NCBI GenBank assembly: GCA_043806595.1
Contig: JAZDGU010000018.1
Span: 1,400-65,399 of the forward strand
Origin: Candidatus Micrarchaeota archaeon
GTDB taxonomy: Archaea; Micrarchaeota; Micrarchaeia; Norongarragalinales; SBBD01
Direction of reading: 5' to 3'
Length of the DNA stretch: 64,000 nt
Positions 1 through 9,800 of the stretch are shown in pieces. The first letter of the stretch is position 1. Each line of letters begins with the position of its first letter. Under the pieces are notes generated by a model. That model was not told the origin of the DNA. It searched no databases and worked only from the letters and a program-made list of their open reading frames with translations. The position numbers and the translations under genes are program-made.

Positions 1-1039
1 AGCCTGCGGCCTTCTCGGGCTGCTTCTCGAACGCCGGGATCTTGCCGACGATGTGCGGCGACGTGACTCCGGTGATGATTGCGACGATTTCTATCTTGCC
101 GTCGAAGTCCGACATGAGCCTCGCGCCCCACTTGACCGAGGCCTTGGGGTCCATCTGCTCGGTGAGCATCTCTCCCGCGCGGATGGCGTCCCCGAGCGTC
201 AGGTCGGCTCCGCCGGCGATGTGGATGAGCGCGCCGCGGGCGCCGTTGAAGTCTACGTCGAGCAGGCGGTTCTGGAGTACGCCGTGCACCGCGTCGTCGA
301 CCTTGTTCGGGCCCTTGCCGCTGCCGACCGCTATCATGCCGACGTCACCCTGGGACATGATCGCGCGGACGTCCGCGAAGTCGATGTTGACCAGGGAAGG
401 CTGCGTGATGGTGAAGACGAGGCCGTTGATGGCCTTCGCGAGGATCTCGTCGGCGACGACGAACGCCTGGTTCATCGGAAGGTTCGGCACGATCTGGACG
501 AGCCTGTTGTTGTCGAGGATGATGACGCTGTCCGAAGTCTGCCTGAGCGTGGAAATGCCGTCGTCCGCCTTCTTGACGCGCGCGCGCTCGAGGGCGAACG
601 GGTAGGTGACCATGCTGACGACAATGGCGCCCATCTCCTTCGCGATCTGCGCGATAACCGGCGCGGCGCCCGTGCCCGTGCCGCCGCCCATTCCGGCGCA
701 GATAAACACGAGGTGCGAGCCCTCGATGGACTTCGTGATGGCTTCGCGGTCGACTTCCGCGCACTTGGCCCCGACTTCAGGGTAGCCGCCGGCTCCGAGG
801 CCCTTGGTCACCGTCTTTCCGATGAGCAGCTTGACTATGCCCTCCTCCATGATGTTCAGGTGCTGGCGGTCCGTGTTGCACGCGATGAGGGTCGCGCCCC
901 TGACGCCGAGCCGCTTCAGACGGTTTACGGTGTTGTTGCCGCTGCCGCCCACTCCGACCACGGAGATCTTGATTCCCTCGTAGTCCTGCGAAGACGACGA
1001 GACCTTGCTGTCCAAAGCCGATTTTATTATGCTCTCCAT
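1..1039 (-). CDS. ftsZ: Cell division GTPase FtsZ (3' end runs off the window)
   Basis: Manual minus-strand translation from ATG 1039: MESIIKS...VVGVGGSGNN...GLGAGGYPEVG...AGMGGGTGTGAAP (tubulin signature)...VNIDFADV. GTGAGG RBS upstream. Absent from the ORF track because it has no stop in the window. Confidence 0.97.
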   Translation of the reverse strand, partial: MESIIKSALDSKVSSSSQDYEGIKISVVGVGGSGNNTVNRLKRLGVRGATLIACNTDRQHLNIMEEGIVKLLIGKTVTKGLGAGGYPEVGAKCAEVDREAITKSIEGSHLVFICAGMGGGTGTGAAPVIAQIAKEMGAIVVSMVTYPFALERARVKKADDGISTLRQTSDSVIILDNNRLVQIVPNLPMNQAFVVADEILAKAINGLVFTITQPSLVNIDFADVRAIMSQGDVGMIAVGSGKGPNKVDDAVHGVLQNRLLDVDFNGARGALIHIAGGADLTLGDAIRAGEMLTEQMDPKASVKWGARLMSDFDGKIEIVAIITGVTSPHIVGKIPAFEKQPEKAAG

Positions 1040-1800
1040 TCCGATTCGCCTCACTCTACTGAAAAAATACTAGCTTCCAGAAAATTCTTAAGTTTAAATA
1101 CCTTTTCTCTGGCGTGCCTCCTTCGCGTGTCGCGGATTTTATGTGTTTTCGCGTGGGTTTGCGAAACAACCACATACCGCAACAGTCGATTGGTTTATAT
1201 ATGTTAGTCATTGCAAATCGAAACCCCAATTCTTCCCCCAAATAGGCAAACAAGGGCATAATGTCACAACAATTTTGATTAAGGAACATAAAATTACCCC
1301 TATTTGGCAAAACAAGGCAGAATATCGCGTTTTCGCTCCATTTCGTCAGTTATCACTATAATATTAGAAGCCCGAATTCGCCGCCGTTCAGTCGATTAAG
1401 CATAGCCCCTACCCCAACAGCATATTGGGAAATTATCCGAACTCCAAACGCCCAAATAAAGAAAGGACTGACCTCCGAATTTCCGGGGAAAGAAAATTTG
1501 AAAAAAGGCCTAAAATAGACGCTAAATGGCTAATTCTGGCAAAATCTGCCTTTAAATTGGATAAATACAACATTATCAGCTTTCTTTTGGGCAATAAAGT
1601 TAAAATTGACGGGATTTACAGCGATAATTTATCATTGAAATGTCGAGAAAAATTTGGAAAAAAAAATTCGGGGAACCGGGGAGAAAAACAATGCAAACGG
1701 AGAAATAAGTGAAAAAACCGTAGGGAAAAAAGCGGGGTTTAATCGAAAAATTTTTAAGTGCAGGCGGAATCAAGGGAGGAAACATTGCCGGGCGGCGGGT
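1040..1800. other. Long AT-rich intergenic region between divergent ftsZ and polB; candidate replication origin or regulatory region
   Basis: Visibly AT-rich against GC-rich flanks, no credible CDS, short direct and inverted repeats at 1238-1319. Confidence 0.4.
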
Positions 1801-1825
1801 CACCGACGCCGCCGGGAGTGGGAAA

Positions 1826-1948
1826 GTGGAAAAGGGAGACTTCACCGTATTCAGCATGCTCATGGCCGTCATCATCGCGGTGCAAGTGCACTGGATGCTC
1901 GCGCTCATCTTCTTCTTCGGCACGTACGCGTTCATCATGGAGGCATAG
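1826..1948 (+). CDS. Small 40-aa membrane protein
   Basis: GTG start after GGAGTG. MEKGDFTVFSMLMAVIIAVQVHWMLALIFFFGTYAFIMEA*; genome-typical GC3 codon usage; hydrophobic. Confidence 0.6.
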   Translation: MEKGDFTVFSMLMAVIIAVQVHWMLALIFFFGTYAFIMEA

Positions 1949-2001
1949 CGGCGCAAAGGCCGCAAACCGTTTTTTATTGGTTCGCACGGTAATGATTGCC
2001 T

Positions 2002-4455
2002 ATGCGAACGCACGCCTTCCTGCTCGACGTAGGGTATGTCATGCGGCATGGCAGGTCGGCACTACGTCTGCTTCTCAAGGAGCCGGAAGGCGGTCGCACG
2101 CTGCGGGCCTACGACTGGGATTTCGAGCCGTACTTCTACGTCGTTCCAAAGGAGACGACGGAAGCGCACATCCAGCACGCCGGCCGGGAGCTCTCCAAGC
2201 TGACCGCGATGGGAAGGGGCGGCGAGGCGAAAGTCAAGCGCGTCGAGACCGAGGAAAGAATTCTGCTCGGGAAGAAAATCAGGGTGCTGAAGGCGGTATG
2301 CAGCCACCCGAGCGACGTCAGCAAGCTCCGAGAGCCAGCAGGGCGCTTCGGGAAGACTTACGAAGACGACATATCGTTCACGAAGAGGTACGTCATCGAC
2401 CGCCAGCTCGTTCCGTGCGAAGGCGTGTCCCTCGAATACGATGTGGCGAGGAAGGCCGCGGCGGGCGTGAAAGCGGAGGAAATCAAGGGCGAGATGGGAC
2501 TCCGCATGCTCGGCCTCGACATCGAGACATACAACCCCGGCGGCATGCCCGACCCCGCGAAGGACCCGTGCATAATGGTCGGCCTCTCCGGGGAAGGCGG
2601 CAGGGAGGTGCTCACGCACTCCAAGAAAAATGGATACGAGACGGCCCGCGCCTTCGCGACCGAGAAGGAGATGCTCGAATCCCTCGGCAGGGAGATGAAG
2701 AGGCGCAAGGTCGACCTGCTCTGCACGTACAACGGGGACGTGTTCGACCTGCCGTATTTGCGCGAGAGGGCGAAGGCGACCGGCGCGAAGATGAGCCTCG
2801 GCAGGGACGCAACCCAGCCGAAGAGCAAGCAGTTCGGCATGCGCGCCGAGACGGCGATTGCCGGAAGGGTGCACTTCGACGTATTCCCCGTGGTATCGTT
2901 AATGAACTTCATCGGGGCATACAAGCTCGACCGGCTGACGCTGAAAGTCGTATACCAGGAAATCCTCGGAGGAAAGAAGGAGGACGTGGAAAAGACCGAC
3001 ATATGGAAGATCTGGGACTCGGACGACAATGAGAGGCTGGCCCACCTCGCGAAGTACTGCCAGGTAGACGCCGACGCGGCGCTCCAGCTTTCCCAGAAGA
3101 TGCTTCCATTGGAGGTCGAGCTCAGCAGGGTCAGCGGCAACACGCTCTTCGACACCGTGCGCTCGCGGCCCGGCCAGCTCGTCGAGATGCTGCTCATGCG
3201 CGAGGCCTTCCGCAGCGGCGAGCTGATCCCCGGGAAGCCGAAGGGCGGAGAGGTCGGCGACCGCGAGGACAACCCCGTCGAGGGCGCATACGTCAAGCTG
3301 CCTTCACCGGGGCTGTATGAGAACATCGCGGTGCTCGACTTCCGCTCGCTGTACCCGAGCATAATCATCTCGCACAACATCGACCCGAGCACGCTCAACT
3401 GCTCCTGCTGCACGGAAAAGGAGGCGCATCTGTCGCCCAAGGGGCACAGGTTCTGCAAAAAGAAGCAGGGCCTCATCCCGCGCGTGCTCAAGCGCGTGCT
3501 CGCCGAGAGGACGCGATTGAAGGACGAGATGAAGGCGCTCAAGAAGAAGGGGCTCAACGAGGACAGCGCGGAATACGTCGAGGCGTTCGCCAAGCAGTGG
3601 GCGCTCAAGATCCTCGCGAACTCAGTCTATGGGTACCTGCTCTACTCGAGGTCAAGGTACTATTCGAGGGAGTGCGGCGAGTCGGTGACCGCGTGGGGCA
3701 GACACTACATCATGGAGACGCTCGAGAAGGCCGGGGCGGCGGGGCTCAACCCGCTCTACAGCGACACGGACTCGACGTTCCTGCAGTTCGGCAAGCCCGG
3801 GGACGAGCACAAGGTCGAGCAGTTCCGGAAGGAAATCAACGCGTCGCTGCCCGAGGAGATGGAGCTCGAGCTCGAGGACATCTACCCCCGCGGCATATTC
3901 GTCAGCAAGAAACAAGGGGAGGAGAAGGGCGCGAAGAAGAAGTACGCGCTCATCAACAAGGACGGCAAGATAAAGATCCGCGGCTTCGAGCTCGTGCGGA
4001 GGGACTGGAGCAGGATCGCGAAGGAGACGCAGAGGCACGTGCTCAAGATACTGCTCTCGGAAGGCGACGTCGACAAGGCCGTCTCCGAAGTGCGCAAGGT
4101 CGTCGCCCGGCTCAAGGAGGGAAAGGTGCCGATGGAGGAGCTGGTCATCTACACGCAGCTGAAGAAGAAGGCCAAGGCTTACGAGATAGTGTCCCCCGAA
4201 GTCTCCGCGTTCCTCAAGGCGCAGAAGGCCGGCCTGCAGGTCGACGAGAAGAGCGTCATCGGGTACGTGATCACGCGGCAGGGCAAGAGCATAAGCGACC
4301 GCGCACAGCTCATCGAGCTCGCCAAGGACTACGACGCCGACTACTACGTCAACAACCAGGTGCTGCCCGCAGTGCTCAGGATTCTCGGCGCGATGGGCTT
4401 CGATGAGGACGACCTCAAGAACAAGGGCAAGCAGAGCTCGCTCGGGGACTGGTAG
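2002..4455 (+). CDS. polB: Family B DNA polymerase (PolB3-type)
   Basis: Exo motifs DIET, YNGDxFD, YCxxD; polymerase motifs DFRSLYPSII, KILANSVYGY, YSDTDS; C-terminal PIP box QSSLGDW. Confidence 0.97.
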   Translation: MRTHAFLLDVGYVMRHGRSALRLLLKEPEGGRTLRAYDWDFEPYFYVVPKETTEAHIQHAGRELSKLTAMGRGGEAKVKRVETEERILLGKKIRVLKAVCSHPSDVSKLREPAGRFGKTYEDDISFTKRYVIDRQLVPCEGVSLEYDVARKAAAGVKAEEIKGEMGLRMLGLDIETYNPGGMPDPAKDPCIMVGLSGEGGREVLTHSKKNGYETARAFATEKEMLESLGREMKRRKVDLLCTYNGDVFDLPYLRERAKATGAKMSLGRDATQPKSKQFGMRAETAIAGRVHFDVFPVVSLMNFIGAYKLDRLTLKVVYQEILGGKKEDVEKTDIWKIWDSDDNERLAHLAKYCQVDADAALQLSQKMLPLEVELSRVSGNTLFDTVRSRPGQLVEMLLMREAFRSGELIPGKPKGGEVGDREDNPVEGAYVKLPSPGLYENIAVLDFRSLYPSIIISHNIDPSTLNCSCCTEKEAHLSPKGHRFCKKKQGLIPRVLKRVLAERTRLKDEMKALKKKGLNEDSAEYVEAFAKQWALKILANSVYGYLLYSRSRYYSRECGESVTAWGRHYIMETLEKAGAAGLNPLYSDTDSTFLQFGKPGDEHKVEQFRKEINASLPEEMELELEDIYPRGIFVSKKQGEEKGAKKKYALINKDGKIKIRGFELVRRDWSRIAKETQRHVLKILLSEGDVDKAVSEVRKVVARLKEGKVPMEELVIYTQLKKKAKAYEIVSPEVSAFLKAQKAGLQVDEKSVIGYVITRQGKSISDRAQLIELAKDYDADYYVNNQVLPAVLRILGAMGFDEDDLKNKGKQSSLGDW

Positions 4456-4458
4456 CGC

Positions 4459-5151
4459 ATGAACCCGCGGAGACATGCAGAAAAAAACCGCAACCTTCCA
4501 ACCGACGCGGACCGGTATTCTGCGCTTTTCAGGCCGGAAGGGGAATTCCGCGGAATATACCGCTCGACCGGGCGCCCCGTCTGGTTCGTCAAGGACCTGT
4601 CGGCCAACCCCCACGATTCGCTCAAGCTCGACCCCTTCGAGATCGACGCGAGGCTCGAGAGGATGAGGGCCGGGGCGGGGCTTTCGAGGAAGGACGCATG
4701 GGAAAGGTTAAGGGACAAGCCGACGGGAATCGAGGCGAGGAAGAAGGCGGTAGAGGCCGCAATAGCCTATGCCCGGTTCTATGATTCGCTGAAAGCCGGA
4801 AGGAGGGCGGGCGAAAGCAGGATCGGGTTCCACCCGAAAACCGTGTTCGCCGTCGCCAACGCGGAAGACGGCAGGAGCACGACGGTCGTCGGGATTATGC
4901 CTAAACTCGGCCGCCGGGCGAAATTGAACGGGGAAAACCTTTCGGAATACAAGCGATCCCTTGCGGCGAAAGTGAACGAGGTGCTCGAACTGGAAGGCGA
5001 GGGAAGGCAGCCAAACGCCGACGTCGGCAAGACGGAAAACTTCTGGACTGCGGGAAAGAAGGTATTCTACATAGACATGAACGTCTTCCCCCCGATTACG
5101 CCCAAGCTGACGAAAGCGGTGCTCGAATGGAACAAACGGCAGAAAAAGTGA
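4459..5151 (+). CDS. Hypothetical basic protein (230 aa)
   Basis: Fills the gap between polB and serB with tight spacing; no recognised motif. Confidence 0.65.
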   Translation: MNPRRHAEKNRNLPTDADRYSALFRPEGEFRGIYRSTGRPVWFVKDLSANPHDSLKLDPFEIDARLERMRAGAGLSRKDAWERLRDKPTGIEARKKAVEAAIAYARFYDSLKAGRRAGESRIGFHPKTVFAVANAEDGRSTTVVGIMPKLGRRAKLNGENLSEYKRSLAAKVNEVLELEGEGRQPNADVGKTENFWTAGKKVFYIDMNVFPPITPKLTKAVLEWNKRQKK

Positions 5152-5831
5152 GGCGCAAGCGGCTTGCGGCGTTCGACTTCGACTCGACGCTCATCGAGGA
5201 GGAAAGCATCGACGAGATCGCGCGCCTCGCCGGAAAGGACGTCTACCGTCGCATCGCGGCGGTTACCAAGGAAGTCAACGAGGGCAGGCTCGGCATACGC
5301 GAGGGCATGGAAAAGCGCGCGAAATTGCTCAAGGGCGTACGCGAGTACGACATCAGGCACATGGCCCGCAGGCTGCGCTTCAAGGCCGGGTTTACGGAAC
5401 TCGTCAAGGGGCTGGAAAACCGGGGTTATACGCTCGCCATCATCTCGGGAGGGTTCGGCATCGTGTTCGACGAGCTGAAGAAGGACGCCATCGAGCTGCT
5501 TTCGTTCTCGGACATCCTCTGCAACGAGCTCGGCGTGCGCCACGGCGCGCTCGACGGCACGTGCGAGATGAAGGTGTGGGAGGAGAAGGGAAAACTGCTC
5601 GCGGAAATTGCGGCGAAGCACGGCGTGCGAATGGAGGACACCGTCGCGGTAGGCGACGGCGCGCTGGACAGGACGATGCTCGAGGCAGCGGGTTTCGGGG
5701 TATGCCTTGCGGGGAATCCGGTTGCGGAGGCAGCGGCGGACGTCGTAGTGCAGGGGAACGACCTCATGGGCGTGCTGGAGGCTGTCCTTGCGTGGGATAA
5801 AAGAGATTTGGAAGCGGCGCTTACCGGCTAG
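5148..5831 (+). CDS. serB: HAD phosphoserine phosphatase-like hydrolase
   Basis: FDFDSTL, ISGGF, K, VGDGALD HAD motifs; GTGA overlap with the upstream stop. Confidence 0.88.
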   Translation: MRRKRLAAFDFDSTLIEEESIDEIARLAGKDVYRRIAAVTKEVNEGRLGIREGMEKRAKLLKGVREYDIRHMARRLRFKAGFTELVKGLENRGYTLAIISGGFGIVFDELKKDAIELLSFSDILCNELGVRHGALDGTCEMKVWEEKGKLLAEIAAKHGVRMEDTVAVGDGALDRTMLEAAGFGVCLAGNPVAEAAADVVVQGNDLMGVLEAVLAWDKRDLEAALTG

Positions 5832-6085
5832 CCGAGGTTCCTGCGGTCTACTACCATCACGTCCTTGACGTCGAGCACGCTGGCGTAGGGGATGGTCACC
5901 ATGCCGCCGCCCTCCTTCTTGGCCTTGAGCGCGAGAGTCGAGTCCGGATTCGGCTCGACGAGAACGCTCTCCAGCTTGCCCGAAAGCTCGTTGACGTAGA
6001 GGTCGACGACGCGGCCGAGCTCCTCTCCGTCCGTGGTGATAACGCGCTTCCCTGCGAGCTGCTTGGCGATGGCGTATTTGACCAT
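5828..6085 (-). CDS. PRC-barrel domain protein (possible CdpB-type cell division factor)
   Basis: LAGKRVITTDGEELGRVVDL...IPYASVLDVKDVMVV PRC pattern; AGGTGAG RBS. Confidence 0.85.
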   Translation of the reverse strand: MVKYAIAKQLAGKRVITTDGEELGRVVDLYVNELSGKLESVLVEPNPDSTLALKAKKEGGGMVTIPYASVLDVKDVMVVDRRNLG

Positions 6086-6150
6086 TATCTCACCTGAAAC
6101 TTGCCTAATTCTAGAGCGAATCGTAACGAAAACTATTGCTTGGAATCAAT

Positions 6151-9100
6151 TTAAATACCTTTCGAAGCTTCCGGGGGCCGTTCGGCGGCTTCCGAGCCCA
6201 ATTTTACCTCAACGAGCTGGCTCCCGTGCTTGGTCATCGCGACGCCGAGCAGGCAGTCCGCGGAGCGGTAGACCGTCTGGTTGTGCGTGACGACGAGGAA
6301 CTGCGAGCCCTTGGAGAGCTGCTTCAGCAGGTCGGCGAGCTTGCGGCTGTTCTCCTGGTCGAGCGCGGCGTCGGCCTCGTCCAGGATGTATATCGTCGAC
6401 GGCGAGTAGGACTGGATGGAGAAGATGAAGAGGAGGGCGATGAGGGACTTTTCGCCGCCGGACATGAGCTCCAGGTACTTGACGGTCTTGTTCTTGAGCT
6501 CTATCTTGATTGTCAGGCCGCCCTCGAAGGGGCTGTTCTCGTTCTCCAGGAAGAGCGAGCCCGTGCCGTTGAAGATCTGCGTGAAGAGCTTCTGGAAGTA
6601 GTCGTTCACGCCCTTGAACGTCTCCATGAACGTGGCAATCTTGCGGCCCTCGATCTCGTTTATCATGGCGATGACCGCCTGCTTCTCGTTGGCAAGCTGC
6701 TGGACCTTGAGCTTCTGCGCATCGAAGTCCTTCGCGCGGATGTCGTATTCCTCGACGGCCTTGAGGTTGACGGTGCCGAGGGCGGCAAGCTCCTGCTCGG
6801 ACTGCTTCAGCATGAACGTCAGCTGGGCCCTGTCCTTCTCGTCGAGCCTCTGCACGCCCTCGTACTTCGCGAACTCGGCCTTGAGGTTGGCGAGGTTGGT
6901 CTCGGAGACGGCCTTCGCAACCTCCTGCCTCTGGAGGTCGGAGGCGATCTTCTCGCGCTCGAACTCGAGCTTGCCCTTGCGGGTGGCAAGGGAGTAGACG
7001 TCCTTCTCGATGGCCTCGCGCTTCTCGATGAGGTCGCGCATCGCGGCGGAGATGCTCTTCAGCTCGGCGGTCTTCTCGTCGACGAGCCTCTTGTCCTTCT
7101 CTATGGAAGCCTTGCAATGTTTCCGCGTCTCCTCGGCGAGCTTCATCTCGGCGTTGGCGTCGGCAAGGGACTTCTCCGCGGACTTGAGCTCGCGCTCGTA
7201 CGCCCCGGCCTCCGTCTGGAGCGCGGAGAGCTGGTTCGATAAGTCGCTCGACTGGAGTTTCAGGTCCATCACGCGCTTCTCGCGTTCCTTGAGCATGACG
7301 CCGAAGTTCTTCTCCTTCTCGACGTCGATCTTGGCCTTGGCGTCGAGGGCGCGGATGTTCAGGTCGGAGAGGGAGCGGATAATTTCCGCCTTCTCGGACT
7401 CGATCTTCTGCAGCACCTTGGCGGCGTCGCCGATTTCCTTCTTCAGGGCCGCGGCGGCGCCCTTGAGGTTGCGAGACTTCTCGTCCTCCTGTGACTGATT
7501 GCGCGAGTAGTTCTCGAGCTCGAGCTCGAGCGCCTTTGACTTGACTTCGAGTTCCGCGCGGCGCTTGCGCTCGGTTGACATCCCCTCCTGGACGTCGTAT
7601 ATCTGCTTGAGCAGGTCTTCCTTGCGGGCGCGCGCGGTCGCGACGAGCTTGTCGTACTGGTCGAGGAGCTCCTTCTCCTTCCTGACGTTCACGCGCGCGG
7701 AAAAAGAGCCGCCGGTGACGAGACCCGAGGACTCGGAGAGCTCACCCTCCTCGGTCACGAAGCGAGTCTTCCCGACGAGCTTTTCGCCCGCCGAAAGCGA
7801 GGAAACGAGGAGCGTGCTGCCGCAGACGAACTTGAAGACGTTCTCGTAGGTCTTGTCGTAGGTCAGGAGGTGCAGCACGAAGCCCTGCGAGCCCGGGGCC
7901 TGGCTGTGCTCGATATCCTGCTTGGTGAACTCGTGGGGCCGGATCTTGTCCATGGGAATGAACGACACGCGGCCGAGCCTCTTGGACTTGAGGTGGGTGA
8001 TGAGGCGCTGGGCGGTCCTCATGCCGTCGACGACGACGAAGCTCATGCGCCCGCCGACGGCGACCTGTACGGGAACCGCGTGCTTGGACTCGTAGGCGCA
8101 CAGCTGCTCGACGGTGCCGTGGATGCCTTCGTCCTTGTCCTTCTGGGAGAGCACGTACTGCACGCCGGAGCCCACCTCGAACTCCTTGAGGTTCTGGAGG
8201 CGCGTGCCGATCTCGACGGACTTCATCTTCGCCGCCATCAGATCCCGGTCGTTCGCCTCGAGCTCGCGGTTAAGCTCCTTCTCCTTGTCGAAAAGAGAGG
8301 AAAGTGTCTTCTCCGAGGAACGCAGCAGGTCACCGAGCGAGTCCTTCTCCTTCTTCGCGTTCGAGGCGCGCCCGGAGTAGTCCGCGGCCTTGCCCTCGCC
8401 GAGGCGCTCGAGCTCGTTCTGCTTCAGGCGGGAGACCTCGTCGGTCTTGCCGGCCTCTGCCTGCAGGGAGGCAAGCTTCTCCTTCGAGGCGAGCATCTGC
8501 GCCTGGAGGTCGTCGTAGAGCTTCTTGTTCGAGAAGAAGTCCGCGGAAAAGCGGTCGGATTCCTTGAGCACCGCGTCGAGCCTGCCCTGCTCGTCCTTGA
8601 GCATCTTGGCGGCTGCTGCCGCGTCCTCCTGGATGCGGGAAATGCGGGCGAGGACGCCCCTGACCTCGTCCGCCGCCTTCGTCTTGTCGCCGGAAAGCGA
8701 GCGGATGCGTTCTTCTAGGCGCTGGACCTCGGCGCGCTTCTCGTCGATGGTCGCGCTGCAGCGCGCGATCTCCGACTTGAGCTCGTCGAGCTCCTTCTCG
8801 AGGATTATCTGCTTGCCCTCGCTGCGCTGGGAGATCTGCTGGTTGACGAGGTCCTTCTCCGCCTGCCTCGCGTCGACCTTCGACTGGAGGTCCGCGGACT
8901 GCGAGAGGAGGGCGTCGTTCTTGCGCTTGAGGTCGACGAGGGAGTTGATGAGGTTGGCAAACTCGGTCTCGCAGCCGCGCACGTCCTCGTAGAGGAGGGT
9001 GGCGCGGACCGCGTCGATGTGCTTGGTGAGGTGGATGTGGCGCTCGGCGTCGGCCTTGTCCTTCTTGAGCGCGTCGAGCATGCCCTCGCGCTCGTTGAGC

Positions 9101-9639
9101 AGCACGGTGTCCGAGCGAAGCTTGGCCTCGACGTCCTCCAGCTTTGAGAGGGCCTCGCGCTTCTTGTCCTCGTATTCCGTGACGTTCGCGATGTTGTCCA
9201 CCAGCCCGCGCCGCTCCTTCGAGCTCATCTCGACGATGCGCTGGACCTCGCCCTGCTGGATGATGTTGTAAGTGGAAACCCCGTGGCCGCGCAGGAAGTC
9301 CTCGATGACGTAGCGGTGGGAGTGCTTGCCGTTCAGCGAATAGCGGAGCTTGCCGTCCCTGCGGATGGCGCGCGAGACCGTAGCCTTCTCGCCGTTCTTG
9401 CCGCCGGCGAAGTGCATGCGCACCTCCGCGATCTTGGAGTCCTTGTAAATCAAGTCCTGCGTCTTCTTGGCGCGCAGGTGGCGGATGCGGCTCTCGCCGA
9501 GGGCGAACAGCACGGCGTCGACGATGTTGGTTTTGCCGCTTCCGTTTGGGCCGACGATGGCGTTGAAGCCGTCCACGACGTGCACGGTGGCGTCGCGGAA
9601 GGACTTGAAGTTCTTGAGCTCGAGCTTGTCGACGAACAT
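6151..9639 (-). CDS. smc: Chromosome segregation protein SMC
   Basis: NFKSF, GPNGSGKTN, long coiled coils, hinge (GIHGTV, GRVSFIP), MSGGEKS, DEADAALD. Confidence 0.97.
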   Translation of the reverse strand: MFVDKLELKNFKSFRDATVHVVDGFNAIVGPNGSGKTNIVDAVLFALGESRIRHLRAKKTQDLIYKDSKIAEVRMHFAGGKNGEKATVSRAIRRDGKLRYSLNGKHSHRYVIEDFLRGHGVSTYNIIQQGEVQRIVEMSSKERRGLVDNIANVTEYEDKKREALSKLEDVEAKLRSDTVLLNEREGMLDALKKDKADAERHIHLTKHIDAVRATLLYEDVRGCETEFANLINSLVDLKRKNDALLSQSADLQSKVDARQAEKDLVNQQISQRSEGKQIILEKELDELKSEIARCSATIDEKRAEVQRLEERIRSLSGDKTKAADEVRGVLARISRIQEDAAAAAKMLKDEQGRLDAVLKESDRFSADFFSNKKLYDDLQAQMLASKEKLASLQAEAGKTDEVSRLKQNELERLGEGKAADYSGRASNAKKEKDSLGDLLRSSEKTLSSLFDKEKELNRELEANDRDLMAAKMKSVEIGTRLQNLKEFEVGSGVQYVLSQKDKDEGIHGTVEQLCAYESKHAVPVQVAVGGRMSFVVVDGMRTAQRLITHLKSKRLGRVSFIPMDKIRPHEFTKQDIEHSQAPGSQGFVLHLLTYDKTYENVFKFVCGSTLLVSSLSAGEKLVGKTRFVTEEGELSESSGLVTGGSFSARVNVRKEKELLDQYDKLVATARARKEDLLKQIYDVQEGMSTERKRRAELEVKSKALELELENYSRNQSQEDEKSRNLKGAAAALKKEIGDAAKVLQKIESEKAEIIRSLSDLNIRALDAKAKIDVEKEKNFGVMLKEREKRVMDLKLQSSDLSNQLSALQTEAGAYERELKSAEKSLADANAEMKLAEETRKHCKASIEKDKRLVDEKTAELKSISAAMRDLIEKREAIEKDVYSLATRKGKLEFEREKIASDLQRQEVAKAVSETNLANLKAEFAKYEGVQRLDEKDRAQLTFMLKQSEQELAALGTVNLKAVEEYDIRAKDFDAQKLKVQQLANEKQAVIAMINEIEGRKIATFMETFKGVNDYFQKLFTQIFNGTGSLFLENENSPFEGGLTIKIELKNKTVKYLELMSGGEKSLIALLFIFSIQSYSPSTIYILDEADAALDQENSRKLADLLKQLSKGSQFLVVTHNQTVYRSADCLLGVAMTKHGSQLVEVKLGSEAAERPPEASKGI

Positions 9640-9800
9640 CTTGAAGACCGGCGGATTATACGATTGCAGGGGACGGCGCAGAATAATAACAGAAAAAGGT
9701 TTTTAAGGCGAATCGCGGCTCTCGAGACTGGGCGGGTATGTCACGACGGGCCTCGAAAAGGTTTATAACCGGAGGAAGGCAAAGGGCTGTTGATGCGGCA

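Noticed and set aside
42..1207. Plus-strand ORFs of 187 and 384 aa
   Set aside because: Antisense shadows of ftsZ caused by high GC3. The same applies to most long overlapping ORFs in the track, e.g. 1758-3032, 41741-43429, 44935-46683.
2002..4455. Possible intein or split in polB
   Set aside because: All polymerase motifs are contiguous at normal spacing; no intein blocks seen.
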